The notes beneath the pieces are model-generated. The model was given only the letters and a program-made list of their open reading frames with translations, made no database searches and was not told the DNA's origin. The position numbers were made by a program, and so were the translations under genes. DNA of 62,451 nt, counting the filler. It is 6 parts of 6 records of this genome, joined end to end, with 100 filler letters (N's around TTAATTAATTAA, not from the genome) between each part and the next. Parts side by side here need not be neighbours in the genome. Positions count along the whole stretch, not along the records: positions 34,177 to 44,885 come from DRR723986_6308; positions 44,986 to 56,206 come from DRR723986_6319; 4 more parts are not named here. One strand, 5' to 3'. This document shows positions 40,473 through 50,714 of this stretch, one piece after another. How positions within the stretch are numbered: the first letter of the stretch is position 1; the number at the start of each line of letters is the position of its first letter.

Positions 40473-41060
40473 ATGAGCGAAATTGAGCATACCGCAGCAC
40501 ATAACCCTACGCAGTCCGGGCTGAAAGTCAGGAAAACCATAGTTATGGTTGGTATGATGGGGGCCGGAAAAACCGCAGTTGGACGGGCATTGGCCGCGCG
40601 GTTGGACGTTCCGTTTCTGGATAGTGATGCAGAAATCGAATCGGCGGCCAATATGTCGATCCCGGAAATCTTTGAACGCGACGGCGAACCGTTCTTTCGG
40701 TTGAAGGAAAGTCAGGTGATCGGGCGTCTTTTGGACGAAGAGCGCGGTGTGTTGTCGACAGGCGGCGGCGCGTTTCTGTCTGAGGGCAATCGGCGCATGA
40801 TATCTGAGCGCGGCGTTGCGGTCTGGCTCAAGGCGGATCTGGGTGTGTTGTGGCAACGGGTGCGCCACAAAGATACGCGCCCTTTGCTGCGAACATCAAA
40901 CCCACGTGCGACATTGGCGGGGCTGTATGATGCGCGCGTCCCGTTTTATGCCGAAGCGGATGTGGCGGTGACCTCGGACGGGGATGCGTCGATCGAAGAA
41001 ATGGTGGATCGGGTGATTGAGGCGTTGAAAGCCCGCCCCGATGTCTTGGGAACAGAGTAA
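40473..41060 (+). CDS. aroK: Shikimate kinase
   Basis: 'GMMGAGKT', 'DSD.EIE', 'GE..FR..E', 'STGGG', 'RPLL'. Confidence 0.95.
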   Translation: MSEIEHTAAHNPTQSGLKVRKTIVMVGMMGAGKTAVGRALAARLDVPFLDSDAEIESAANMSIPEIFERDGEPFFRLKESQVIGRLLDEERGVLSTGGGAFLSEGNRRMISERGVAVWLKADLGVLWQRVRHKDTRPLLRTSNPRATLAGLYDARVPFYAEADVAVTSDGDASIEEMVDRVIEALKARPDVLGTE

Positions 41061-42173
41061 ATGCTGCAAACTGTGCATGTTGCGTTGGGCGATCGCGCCT
41101 ATGATGTTGAAATTGGTCCAGACCTGTTAGTCGATGCGGGCGCCCGGATTGCACCGTTTTTAGTGCGCCCTCGTGTTGCTGTTGTGACGGATGAGACGGT
41201 CGCGGCGCTGCATCTGGACACGTTGCGTGCCGGATTGTCTGCAGCGGGCATAGACATGGCATCGCTAAGCCTGCCGGCTGGCGAGTCGACCAAGGGATGG
41301 CCGCAATTCACCCGAACGGTTGAATGGCTGTTGGAGCAGAAGATCGAGCGGCGCGACGTTGTCGTCGCCTTTGGTGGTGGTGTGATCGGGGATCTGACTG
41401 GGTTTGCAGCATCCGTTTTGCGGCGTGGCGTTCGGTTTGTTCAGATCCCGACATCGTTGTTGGCGCAGGTTGACAGCTCGGTCGGGGGAAAGACCGGGAT
41501 CAATGCCCCACAGGGGAAGAACCTGATCGGGGCGTTTCACCAACCATCGCATGTGTTGGCGGATACCTCGGTTCTGGGCACGTTGACGGCGCGAGATTTT
41601 CTTGCCGGGTATGGCGAAGTGGTCAAATACGGCTTGTTAGGCGATCCCGAGTTTTTTGACTGGCTTGAGGCGCAGGGACCGGCGTTGGCGTCTGGAGACA
41701 TGGCCAAGCGGGTCGAGGCGGTGACACGATCCGTTCAGATGAAGGCAGACATTGTTGTCCGTGACGAGACAGAGCAGGGGGATCGTGCGCTGTTGAATCT
41801 GGGCCACACGTTTTGCCACGCCTTGGAAGCGGCAACTGGGTTTTCTGATCGTCTGCTGCATGGCGAAGGGGTCGCCATTGGCTGTGCGCTTGCGTTTGAA
41901 TTGTCGTCGCGTCTTGGGCTGTGCAGTCAAGAAGATCCAAGCCGTGTTCGCGCCCACCTAAAAGCAATGGGCATGAAAACCGACCTGTCGGACATTGCAG
42001 GGGACCTGCCGGATGCGGATCATCTGGTACAGCTCATGGCGCAAGACAAGAAAGTGGTCGATGGTCAGCTGCGGTTTATTCTGGCCAAGGGGATCGGGCA
42101 GGCGTTTGTGACATCGGATGTCCCGCGTGATGCTGTTCACAAGGTTTTGGAAGACGCCCTTTCGAATTGCTGA
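41061..42173 (+). CDS. aroB: 3-dehydroquinate synthase
   Basis: 'GGGVIGD', 'PTSLLAQVDSSVGGKTGIN', 'LNLGHTFCHA', 'HGE.VA'. Confidence 0.96.
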   Translation: MLQTVHVALGDRAYDVEIGPDLLVDAGARIAPFLVRPRVAVVTDETVAALHLDTLRAGLSAAGIDMASLSLPAGESTKGWPQFTRTVEWLLEQKIERRDVVVAFGGGVIGDLTGFAASVLRRGVRFVQIPTSLLAQVDSSVGGKTGINAPQGKNLIGAFHQPSHVLADTSVLGTLTARDFLAGYGEVVKYGLLGDPEFFDWLEAQGPALASGDMAKRVEAVTRSVQMKADIVVRDETEQGDRALLNLGHTFCHALEAATGFSDRLLHGEGVAIGCALAFELSSRLGLCSQEDPSRVRAHLKAMGMKTDLSDIAGDLPDADHLVQLMAQDKKVVDGQLRFILAKGIGQAFVTSDVPRDAVHKVLEDALSNC

Positions 42174-42267
42174 ACAGGGGCATTTACATGCGCAACGGGC
42201 GGGTGCGGTAAGCAACCGTTAAGAAAATCGTGCCAGCCTGAGAACATGTATATTGTATCGCATAAAT

Positions 42268-42590
42268 CGGATAAAAACCCCACCTCTTCTGAAGAGGTGG
42301 TTTGGATGGTATCACGGAAATCTGATGCCGAAGCCATTGCCCTAAACCCCGGAGCAGAAGCATCTGCCATCCAACGAAGTTTCAAAGACGCGCAATCGAA
42401 GTGATCGTGTGGCGATTAATGGACGAGGTCGCGGTTCGCGTTTGGATCGATCAAATTGTGTCGGATCGAATTGGCCGGGCTTAGCCCGCCGGAAATCAGC
42501 CAACCGTAGGGATCACAAAGCAATTTGATGTCTGCGCATTTTGTATCAAAGGACTGGAAACCATCTGCGGGTGTAGGTGGTTTTTATCCG
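42268..42590. repeat. Pair of inverted, mutually similar hairpins flanking about 255 bp
   Basis: Left CGGATAAAAACCCCACCTCTTCTGAAGAGGTGGTTT. Right, reverse-complemented, CGGATAAAAACCACCTACACCCGCAGATGGTTT. Confidence 0.6.
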
Positions 42591-42993
42591 GCTTTCGCCC
42601 TGAATGCCCACTATCCAATCCCAATCACGAATATGTCACGAAAAACTTAGGTTTGCAGAGTGGCGGGAAACCCCACAAATTTGGCTGTGATCAGCAACAA
42701 ATTGCCTATTGCGCGCCGCTATGTTACTATTGTCCGATGAGTAGATGTGAAAAATGCATGGCCGGTATTGGCCCGTTGCATGTGTCGACTTGATTTTTTT
42801 CTTGAATCCCCTTGGACGGGGTTTTCCCAAATGCCCCGAAGTCATAAAAAACAGGTCTTTTAGGGCGTTTTGATTTTTGAACTGTGGCCCAAAAACCATT
42901 GTTAGGGCTGTGCATGGGATGCGCTCTGGAAGATTGCCGTCGCGTTTCCATCTCAAATACACGTTGTAACCAGAACTCCTCATGGTGAAAATT

Positions 42994-44103
42994 ATGACAC
43001 TACAAACCAAAATTACTTCCGCAGTTGCTCTGGCAGCTGTTGGATTTGCTGCCCCAGCGGCAGCGGAACTGAAATATGAGAACAAAAGCGGTGGATCAGT
43101 ACTGATCTATGGGCAGTTCTCTCCGGCCTACCAGTATTTCGATGATGGTGTTCAATCAAAGAGCACTCTCGTGGACAACGCGAACTCGAACAGCCGCGTC
43201 GGCTTGTTGCTGTTGCAGCCTTACGATCAAGGAGCGTTTAGCTTCAAGTTTGAAACAGCATTTGGTCTGCGCTCGTCTGATGCAGTAACGATCAATACCA
43301 CACCGGACGGGGTCAGTTGGTCTCGCTCAAACCTGCGTCACATTGATTTCGCGTTCGACACCAATTCCTATGGCAAGATTTACGTCGGTCAAGGTTCGAT
43401 GGCGACAGATGGCGTGGCTGAAAATGATTTCAGCGGAACAGGTATGACGACGTATGTCGGTATCGGTGACACCGCAGGTAGTTTCGCGTTCCGTACTTCG
43501 ACGGGGGCTCTTTCTACAGTCACAATTGGCGATGTAACATCTAGCTTTGACGGCGGTCGTCGCGGCCGTATTCGCTATGATAGTCCAACCTTTAGTGGGT
43601 TCACCATTTCTGTTGCCGCTGGACAGGAAATCCTGTCTCAAACGAACAGCGATGACTACTACGACGCTGCATTGAAGTATGCGAATGAGTTTGGCGGCAC
43701 CAAAGTCACGGGTGCATTGGGTTTCTCGCGCCGTGATCTCGCGAATGGCACCAAAACTGAGGATACCTTTGGATCGGCTGCTGTCCGGTTGCAGTCGGGG
43801 TTGAATTTCGCCTTTGCCGCAGGTTCAAGAAAGAACGACGGTGACTACACTTATATCAAGGCAGGCTACGACGCCACGTTCTTTGGTATTGGGGAAACGT
43901 CGTTTGCGATTGATTACTACGACGGGAACGATTTTGGACTTATTGGACGGAAATCCAAGTCGATGGGTATCGGTGTAAATCAGGACATCGATAGCATCAA
44001 CACGCAGGTCTATCTCGGCTACCGTGAATATGAGTTGAGCGACCCAACTGTTGCTTACCAAGATGCGAGTTCGGTTTTGTTTGGTGCACGCTGGAAATTC
44101 TAA
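42994..44103 (+). CDS. Outer membrane porin
   Basis: Signal peptide, 'DN.NSNSRVG', 'GQGSMATDG', 'RIRYDSPTF.GF', C-terminal 'GARWKF'. Confidence 0.88.
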   Translation: MTLQTKITSAVALAAVGFAAPAAAELKYENKSGGSVLIYGQFSPAYQYFDDGVQSKSTLVDNANSNSRVGLLLLQPYDQGAFSFKFETAFGLRSSDAVTINTTPDGVSWSRSNLRHIDFAFDTNSYGKIYVGQGSMATDGVAENDFSGTGMTTYVGIGDTAGSFAFRTSTGALSTVTIGDVTSSFDGGRRGRIRYDSPTFSGFTISVAAGQEILSQTNSDDYYDAALKYANEFGGTKVTGALGFSRRDLANGTKTEDTFGSAAVRLQSGLNFAFAAGSRKNDGDYTYIKAGYDATFFGIGETSFAIDYYDGNDFGLIGRKSKSMGIGVNQDIDSINTQVYLGYREYELSDPTVAYQDASSVLFGARWKF

Positions 44104-44127
44104 AGCGTTATCTTTCGTGACTTTCGG

Positions 44128-44164
44128 AAACACGCTCTGCTTGCAGGGCGTGTTTTTGTTTTTT
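44128..44164 (+). terminator. Intrinsic terminator after porin
   Basis: AAACACGCTCTGC-tt-GCAGGGCGTGTTT followed by a T-tract. Confidence 0.8.
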
Positions 44165-44297
44165 CAGGGGGTGAAGCGGCGCAAACTGCATCTTCTGTAG
44201 CAATGCCCCTTGCGCCGACGGGGCTGGGCAAATAGAAGGCGTCAAATTTGCCAGGCGCGCCGGATTTGCGCGCCCCGAATCCTATGGGGAATATCAG

Positions 44298-44885
44298 ATG
44301 CAGGTTACCGAGACGCTGAACGAAGGTCTGAAGCGCGGCTATTCCATTACCGTGACTGCGGCCGAGCTGGACGAAAAAGTAAACGAAAAGCTGGTCGAGG
44401 CGCAGCCCGAAGTTGAAATGAAGGGCTTCCGCAAAGGCAAAGTGCCAATGTCGATGCTGAAAAAGCAGTTTGGTCAGCGCGTGCTGGGCGAAGCGATGCA
44501 GGAAACCATCGATGGTGCGATGAACGCACACTTTGAGGAAACCGGCGACCGCCCTGCGATGCAGCCTGACGTCAAAATGACCGACGAAGACTGGAAAGAA
44601 GGCGACGACGTCAACGTTTCCATGTCTTACGAAGCTCTGCCTGTGATCCCTGAAGTTGACCTGAAGTCGATCTCTTTGGAGAAACTGGTTGTCAAAGCCG
44701 AAGACGAAGCCGTCGACGAAGCGCTGGCCAACCTTGCAGAAACCGCACAGGATTTTGCCGCACGTGACGCAGGCGAAGCGGCTGAGGACGGTGACCAGGT
44801 TGTCATGGACTTCCTCGGCAAAGTTGACGGCGAAGCGTTTGAAGGCGGCGCGGCGGAAGATTACCCGCTGGTGCTGGGCTCGAAC
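44298..44885 (+). CDS. tig: Trigger factor, 3'-truncated
   Basis: 'GFRKGKVP', '[14 protein letters not shown]'. Confidence 0.95.
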
Positions 44886-44985
44886 NNNNNNNNNNNNNNN
44901 NNNNNNNNNNNNNNNNNNNNNNNNNNNNNTTAATTAATTAANNNNNNNNNNNNNNNNNNNNNNNNNNNNNNNNNNNNNNNNNNNN
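44886..44985. other. Artificial contig spacer
   Basis: N44-TTAATTAATTAA-N44. Confidence 0.99.
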
Positions 44986-44986
44986 C

Positions 44987-45136
44987 CGCCGCTGGCGGTT
45001 CAACCATGTCACCACAGTGGAGCGCGTGATTGGCTTCAAGCGGGGAACGGGCGGCACAGGCGGTGTCAGCTACCTGCGCCGTATGCTCGAGGTGCAGCTG
45101 TTCCCCGAGCTTTGGCAGCTGCGCACCGAATTATAA
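44987..45136 (+). CDS. kynA: Tryptophan 2,3-dioxygenase C-terminus (5'-truncated), not in ORF track
   Basis: [49 protein letters not shown] is near-identical to the C-terminus of the gene at 20698-21552. Confidence 0.93.
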   Translation, partial: RRWRFNHVTTVERVIGFKRGTGGTGGVSYLRRMLEVQLFPELWQLRTEL

Positions 45137-45229
45137 ACAGGCAGGATAAGCAGGCATTTTATGCAGGCCGGCCCCACCACCATCCCACCACCCAGTGCGC
45201 GCGCGCCCCTGCCCAAGCGCGGGCGCACC

Positions 45230-46849
45230 TCAAACACCATCATCAAAGGGCATGAAACTGGCCGACGAGGCCCGCCGCCAGCGCACCAAATAGCCAAACC
45301 GTGCGTCATCCTCGCGCAGCAAAAATCCCTCGGGCATATAGGGAAACACATCTTCGCCCGTCACCATATCGCGGTCTTTTTCGCGCATCAAAAAATGGTG
45401 GGGCAGAAACTGGCTGGGGTGCGACAGGCCCGCAGCCCCCGCCATATCGCCCAGCGCCTTTAGCGTATTGCGGTGAAAATTGGCCACGCGCGTGCCCTTG
45501 TCGATCACGTTCAGCGCCCTTTGGCGCCCTGCATCCTGGGTGGCCACGCCTGTGGGGCAATGGTTGGTGTGGCAGGCCTGCGCCTGAATGCAGCCCACCG
45601 CAAACATGAAACCGCGCGCCGAATTGGCCCAATCGGCCCCCAAGGCCAGCACCCGCGCAATATCGAACGATGTCACCAGCTTGCCCGAGGCGCCCAGTTT
45701 GATGCGGTCGCGCAGCCCCACACCGCGCAGGGTATTATGGGCAAATGTTAGCCCTTCCACCAGCGGCATGCCCATATGGTTGGCAAATTCCAAAGGCGCA
45801 GCACCCGTGCCCCCCTCTTTGCCATCGATCACAATGAAATCGGGGGTGATGCCCGTTTCCAGCATGGCGCGCACGATGCACATGAATTCGCGCCGGTGCC
45901 CGATACACAGCTTAAACCCCACCGGCTTGCCCTGGGCCAAACCGCGCAGCTGGGCGATAAATTCGACAAATTCCAGCGGCGTAGAAAACGCGCTATGCGA
46001 GGCGGGCGAGATACAATCCTGCCCCATGGGCACGCCCCGCGCCTCGGCAATCTCGGGGCTGATTTTCGCCGCTGGCAAAACCCCACCCTGCCCGGGCTTG
46101 GCCCCCTGCGACAGCTTTATTTCCACCATTTTCACCTGCGGGTCTGCCGCAACTTCGGCAAATTTCTGCGGGTCAAAATTGCCCTGCGCATCGCGGCAGC
46201 CAAAATAGCCTGTGCCGATTTCATAAATCAAATCACCCCCGCCCTGGCGGTGATAGCGGCTGATCCCGCCCTCGCCGGTGTCATGGGCAAACCCACCTGC
46301 CTTTGCGCCCCGGCTCAGCGCCAAAATGGCATTGGCCGACAATGCGCCAAAACTCATCGCCGAGATATTATACAGCGACAGATCATAGGGCTGGGTGCAA
46401 TCAGGCCCGCCCACACGCACACGAAAATCGGTGTTTTCAATCTTTTTGGGCCGGATCGAGTGGGTAATCCATTGATAGCCCGCATCATTCACCCGCTTTT
46501 TGGTGCCGAATGCGCGCTTATCTTCCACGTTTTTCGATCGCTGATACACAATCGCCCGGGTTTCGCGGGAAAAGGGCACCTCTTCCTCGTCGGATTCCAG
46601 CAAATATTGGCGTATCTCGGGGCGGATCAGCTCGAAAAAATAGCGCACATGCCCCAAAATAGGGTAATTGCGCAGCACAGCATGCCGGGTTTGCAGCAAA
46701 TCGCGCACGCCCAAGGCCAGCAGCGCCCCCGCCAACAGCGCCAATACCGCCGCCCAAGCCCCGCCTTGCAACGCAAAAATCAGGCCAAACAGCGCCGCAG
46801 CCAGCCCGCTCAGGGCCATCGGGACAAAGCGCAAAAACAATGACATCAT
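45230..46849 (-). CDS. FMN-binding glutamate synthase family protein with N-terminal TM helices
   Basis: 'SAMSFGALS', 'TGEGG', 'EIKLSQGAKPG.GG', 'DG.EGGTGAAP', [3Fe-4S] motif 'CIQAQACHTNHCP'. Confidence 0.88.
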   Translation of the reverse strand: MMSLFLRFVPMALSGLAAALFGLIFALQGGAWAAVLALLAGALLALGVRDLLQTRHAVLRNYPILGHVRYFFELIRPEIRQYLLESDEEEVPFSRETRAIVYQRSKNVEDKRAFGTKKRVNDAGYQWITHSIRPKKIENTDFRVRVGGPDCTQPYDLSLYNISAMSFGALSANAILALSRGAKAGGFAHDTGEGGISRYHRQGGGDLIYEIGTGYFGCRDAQGNFDPQKFAEVAADPQVKMVEIKLSQGAKPGQGGVLPAAKISPEIAEARGVPMGQDCISPASHSAFSTPLEFVEFIAQLRGLAQGKPVGFKLCIGHRREFMCIVRAMLETGITPDFIVIDGKEGGTGAAPLEFANHMGMPLVEGLTFAHNTLRGVGLRDRIKLGASGKLVTSFDIARVLALGADWANSARGFMFAVGCIQAQACHTNHCPTGVATQDAGRQRALNVIDKGTRVANFHRNTLKALGDMAGAAGLSHPSQFLPHHFLMREKDRDMVTGEDVFPYMPEGFLLREDDARFGYLVRWRRASSASFMPFDDGV

Positions 46850-47102
46850 CGGCACACCTTTCGTGGTATCAACGCGGCAAGCGGCACTGGCCCGCGCCCC
46901 ACGGCGCCCATTCTGCGCGCCAAGGGGTAAACCTGCGGTAAAAACCGCCGCCCCTTTGCTATTTACGGCACAAACATGACGCTATGTTAGCATGTGCACC
47001 AAGGCGCGAAACCCCAAAGCAGCCTCCGGCCCAGCGGCTTGCGCATTGACAATGCCCAAGCCCCCCCCACATTTCCCCCAACACCATAAAGCGGGGGCCG
47101 CA

Positions 47103-47564
47103 ATGCCAAGCACGATCGTGATCAACGGGGAAACCCACCAGCTGGATCTGCCAGATGACATGCCGCTGCTTTGGGTCTTGCGCGATGCCTTGGGCAAAAC
47201 CGGCACCAAATACGGCTGCGGCATCGGCAGCTGTGGCGCCTGCACCGTGCATATTGCGGGCCAGGCCGTGCGCGCCTGCCAGGTGGCGCTGGCCGATGTT
47301 TGGGGCCCCGTCACCACGATCGAGGGGCTGGGCACGCCCACAGCCCCCCACCCCGTGCAAACCGCCTGGATCAAACACCAAGTCGCGCAATGCGGCTATT
47401 GCCAGCCAGGCCAAATCATGCAGGCCGCAGCCCTTTTGGCCGAAACCCCCCGCCCCAGCCGCGAAGAGATCAGCAGCGCAATGCAGGGCAATCTGTGCCG
47501 CTGCGCCACCTACCCCAAAATCCGCGCCGCCATTTTGGATGCGGCCAACAGCACACAGGGCTAA
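47103..47564 (+). CDS. iorA: (2Fe-2S) subunit of isoquinoline 1-oxidoreductase-type molybdoenzyme
   Basis: '[16 protein letters not shown]', 'QCGYCQ', 'NLCRC'. Confidence 0.88.
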   Translation: MPSTIVINGETHQLDLPDDMPLLWVLRDALGKTGTKYGCGIGSCGACTVHIAGQAVRACQVALADVWGPVTTIEGLGTPTAPHPVQTAWIKHQVAQCGYCQPGQIMQAAALLAETPRPSREEISSAMQGNLCRCATYPKIRAAILDAANSTQG

Positions 47565-47566
47565 AC

Positions 47567-49807
47567 ATGGCACAGGTTGGAAAAATCGCGCGGCGCAGTT
47601 TCTTGGTGGGCTCGGTGGCCATTTTGGGGGGCACAGCCTTTGGCGCCTGGCTGGTGGCGCGGCCGGCAGACAACCCCTTGCGCCCCCCCGCCGGGGGCGC
47701 CGCGCTGACACCTTTTGTGCTGATCACCGCCGATGGCGTTACCCTGATCACCCCACGCGCCGAAATGGGCCAAGGCACACAAACCACGCTGGCCGCGCTA
47801 TTGGCCGAAGAGCTAGATCTCGACTGGCAAGATATCCGCATCGATCATGGCCCCGCCGCACGCGCCTATTTCAACGCGGCCCTTCTGGCCGAGGCACTGC
47901 CAACCCGCGGCTATAACACGGGCGATACCCTGCACGCCTTGGGCGAATACATGGGCCAGTTTGGCAAGGTGCTGGATGCCCAGGTCACCGGTGGCTCGAC
48001 CGCCATGAAAGACGCATTTGAAAAATATCGCCTGGCCGGCGCCACCGCACGCGAGGCGCTCAAGGCCGCCGCCGCCCAACGCTGGGGGCTAAAGCCTGCG
48101 CAGCTGCGCACCGAAAGCGGCCATGTCATCGCCACCGATGGCACCCGCCTGCCCTATAGCGCCCTGGCCGCCGAGGCCGCCCAGCAGCCGTTGCACACCC
48201 CCGCCCTGCGCCCCGCCAGCGCGTGGCGCTATCTGGGCAAAGCCATGCCGCGGCTGGATATGGTGGCCAAATGCACAGGCACAGCCCAATATGGCATCGA
48301 TATCCGCCCCAAAGGCCTGCGTTTTGCCGCGCTGAAAACCAACCCAAACCGCGGCATTATGCGCAGCTATGATGCCAACGCCGCCCTGGCCATGCCCGGT
48401 GTCGAGCATGTGATCGATCTGGGCCAGGGCGTGGCCGTTGTGGCCAGCAGCACCTGGGCTGCGATGCAAGCGCTCGATCACATCCACTGCGATTGGGCCC
48501 CCGCACCCTACCCGCCAAACAGCGCCGATATCATGGCCGAAATCGCCAAGGCCTTTGACCAGCCCGCAAACTCTACCCTGCGCGACGATGGCGACGCCGC
48601 GCAACTGCCCAGCGGCGCCACGCAGATCAGCGCCGAATATCAGCTGCCCTATCTGGCCCATGCCACGATAGAGCCGATGAATGCCACAGCGCTTTACACC
48701 GGGCAGTCGCTGACCGTTTGGGCGGGCAATCAGGCGCCAATGTTCACCAAAAAAGCTTGCGCCGCCGAGGCCGGCCTGCCCCCCCAGGCGGTCGAGATCA
48801 TCACCCCCTATCTGGGCGGCGGCTTTGGGCGCCGGGGCGAGCTGGATTTCTCGGTCTTTGCCACACGGCTGGCTAAGGCGCTGCCCGGCACGCCGGTGCA
48901 GCTGACATGGCCGCGCGCCCAAGACATGCGCAACGATTTCTACCGCCCCGCCGCCATCGCCCGCATGACAGGCGCCGTGGCGGGCGGGCGCGCGGTGCAG
49001 CTCGATGCCCAGGTGGCCGCACAATCCACCAGCCAGCAAGGGCTAAAGCGCTGGCTGGGCCTTACCCCCGCCGGCCCCGACAAAGGCCATGTCGATGGCC
49101 TGTTCAACGCCCCCTACGCCATCGCCAACCACCGTGTGCGCGGCTATCTGGCGCCCTTGGATGTGCCCGTGGGTTTCTGGCGATCGGTCGGGGCCTCGTT
49201 CAACGCGTTTTTCCAGGAATGCTTCATCGACGAGCTGGCCCATGCCGCAGGCCGCGACCCGCTAGAGTTTCGCATCGATATGATGCAAGCCGAATTTCCC
49301 CAAGGCGCGCAGGTTTTGCAGGCCCTGCGCCAACACAGCAATTGGGCCAGCCCCCTGCCCCCCGGCCAGGCCCGCGGTGTGGCCTTTTGCTATAGTTTCG
49401 GCAGTGCCGTCGCCCAGGTGGTCGAGCTGCGCCAAGAACAGGCCGGCATAGCGATCACGCGCGTCACGATCGTGGCCGATCTGGGCCTTGTGCTTGACCC
49501 GCAGATCGCCCGCAACCAGCTGATCGGCGGCTGCCTGCAGGGCCTTTCTGCAGCCATGGGCGAAGAAATCACCTTTGCTGGCGGCGCAGCCCAGCAGGAA
49601 AATTTCGACAGCTACATCCTGATGCGCCACGCCGCCGCCCCCGATGTCGCGGTGCATTTGCTGGAAAATCTGCCGCGTCTTGGCGGTGTGGGCGAGCCAG
49701 GCTTGCCCCCGGCCGCCCCCGCCCTTGCCAATGCGCTTTTCGCCCTGACCGGCCAGCGCCTGCGGCACTTACCCCTGTCTAAACATGTGGCATTTGCAGG
49801 AACCTAA
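47567..49807 (+). CDS. iorB: Molybdopterin-binding subunit, isoquinoline 1-oxidoreductase beta family (Tat signal)
   Basis: 'RRSFL' Tat motif, 'EMGQG', 'TGGS', 'HATIEPMN', 'LGGGFGRR', 'GVGEP'. Confidence 0.88.
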   Translation: MAQVGKIARRSFLVGSVAILGGTAFGAWLVARPADNPLRPPAGGAALTPFVLITADGVTLITPRAEMGQGTQTTLAALLAEELDLDWQDIRIDHGPAARAYFNAALLAEALPTRGYNTGDTLHALGEYMGQFGKVLDAQVTGGSTAMKDAFEKYRLAGATAREALKAAAAQRWGLKPAQLRTESGHVIATDGTRLPYSALAAEAAQQPLHTPALRPASAWRYLGKAMPRLDMVAKCTGTAQYGIDIRPKGLRFAALKTNPNRGIMRSYDANAALAMPGVEHVIDLGQGVAVVASSTWAAMQALDHIHCDWAPAPYPPNSADIMAEIAKAFDQPANSTLRDDGDAAQLPSGATQISAEYQLPYLAHATIEPMNATALYTGQSLTVWAGNQAPMFTKKACAAEAGLPPQAVEIITPYLGGGFGRRGELDFSVFATRLAKALPGTPVQLTWPRAQDMRNDFYRPAAIARMTGAVAGGRAVQLDAQVAAQSTSQQGLKRWLGLTPAGPDKGHVDGLFNAPYAIANHRVRGYLAPLDVPVGFWRSVGASFNAFFQECFIDELAHAAGRDPLEFRIDMMQAEFPQGAQVLQALRQHSNWASPLPPGQARGVAFCYSFGSAVAQVVELRQEQAGIAITRVTIVADLGLVLDPQIARNQLIGGCLQGLSAAMGEEITFAGGAAQQENFDSYILMRHAAAPDVAVHLLENLPRLGGVGEPGLPPAAPALANALFALTGQRLRHLPLSKHVAFAGT

Positions 49808-49822
49808 CGCACCACAGGCGCG

Positions 49823-50599
49823 TCAGGCGCTGCGGCGCAGCTGGGTTTGGCGCGCTTTGGCCCAGGCCCGAACCGCATCGCCAAAGGCGGTAAACAAAGG
49901 CCGCGACACCGGGTCGTTTGCCGCGTCCCATTCGGGGTGCCATTGCACCGCCAGGCTAAAGCCGCTGGCGCCCTGCACATAAATCGCCTCGGGCGTGCCA
50001 TCAGGGGCATGCCCCTCTATCACAATGCGGCGCCCGGGCTGGTCGATGCCCTGCCCATGCAGCGTATTGGTCATCACCTCTTGCGCCCCCATCAGGCGAT
50101 GAAACACGCCGCCTTCGGTAAATGTTACCTTGTGGCGCAGCGCGAATTTTTCCTCAAGCGTGCCATCGGGGGGCATGCGGTGGTTCATCCGCCCTGGCAA
50201 ATCGCGGATCTCGGGGTAAAGCGTGCCGCCCATGGCCACGTTCACCTCTTGAAACCCGCGGCAAATGCCCAAAAAGGGCTGCCCACGCTCGACACAGGCG
50301 CGCACCAAAGGCAATGTGATGGCATCGCGCGCGCGGTCAAAATCGCCATGCGCTGGGGTTTCCTCATGGCCATATTCGGTGGGGTGCACATTCGGGCGCC
50401 CCCCGGTCAGCACAAACCCGTCGCAACACTCCAGCAGCTCGTCCACCCGCACAAACCGCGGATCCGCCGGCACAATCAAAGGCACACACTCTGAAACGAC
50501 AGATACCGCCTCCGAATTCATCGTGCCCCCCGCATGGGTGGGGTAGCTGTCATTGATCAAATAGCTGTTGCCAATAATCCCAACGATCGGGCGTGACAT
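49823..50599 (-). CDS. Gamma-glutamyl-gamma-aminobutyrate hydrolase family (peptidase C26)
   Basis: 'GICRGFQE.NV..GG', 'HGQGI', 'VQWHPE'. Confidence 0.9.
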   Translation of the reverse strand: MSRPIVGIIGNSYLINDSYPTHAGGTMNSEAVSVVSECVPLIVPADPRFVRVDELLECCDGFVLTGGRPNVHPTEYGHEETPAHGDFDRARDAITLPLVRACVERGQPFLGICRGFQEVNVAMGGTLYPEIRDLPGRMNHRMPPDGTLEEKFALRHKVTFTEGGVFHRLMGAQEVMTNTLHGQGIDQPGRRIVIEGHAPDGTPEAIYVQGASGFSLAVQWHPEWDAANDPVSRPLFTAFGDAVRAWAKARQTQLRRSA

Positions 50600-50714
50600 A
50601 TCCATGGCCTTGTTGTTGCGCGTCGCCCCTTTCTACACCGCTTCAATCAACATGCAAACACCCAGCGGGCCGCCAGCCAAGGCCAGGCCGCCCGCTGCAT
50701 GGTTTTTGCGCATC

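Noticed and set aside
44165-44297. Possible tRNA upstream of tig
   Set aside because: No cloverleaf or TTCGA T-loop motif could be found on either strand.
47171-47566. N-terminal extension of IorB (878-aa ORF)
   Set aside because: It overlaps iorA in another frame. The Tat signal marks the true start at 47567.
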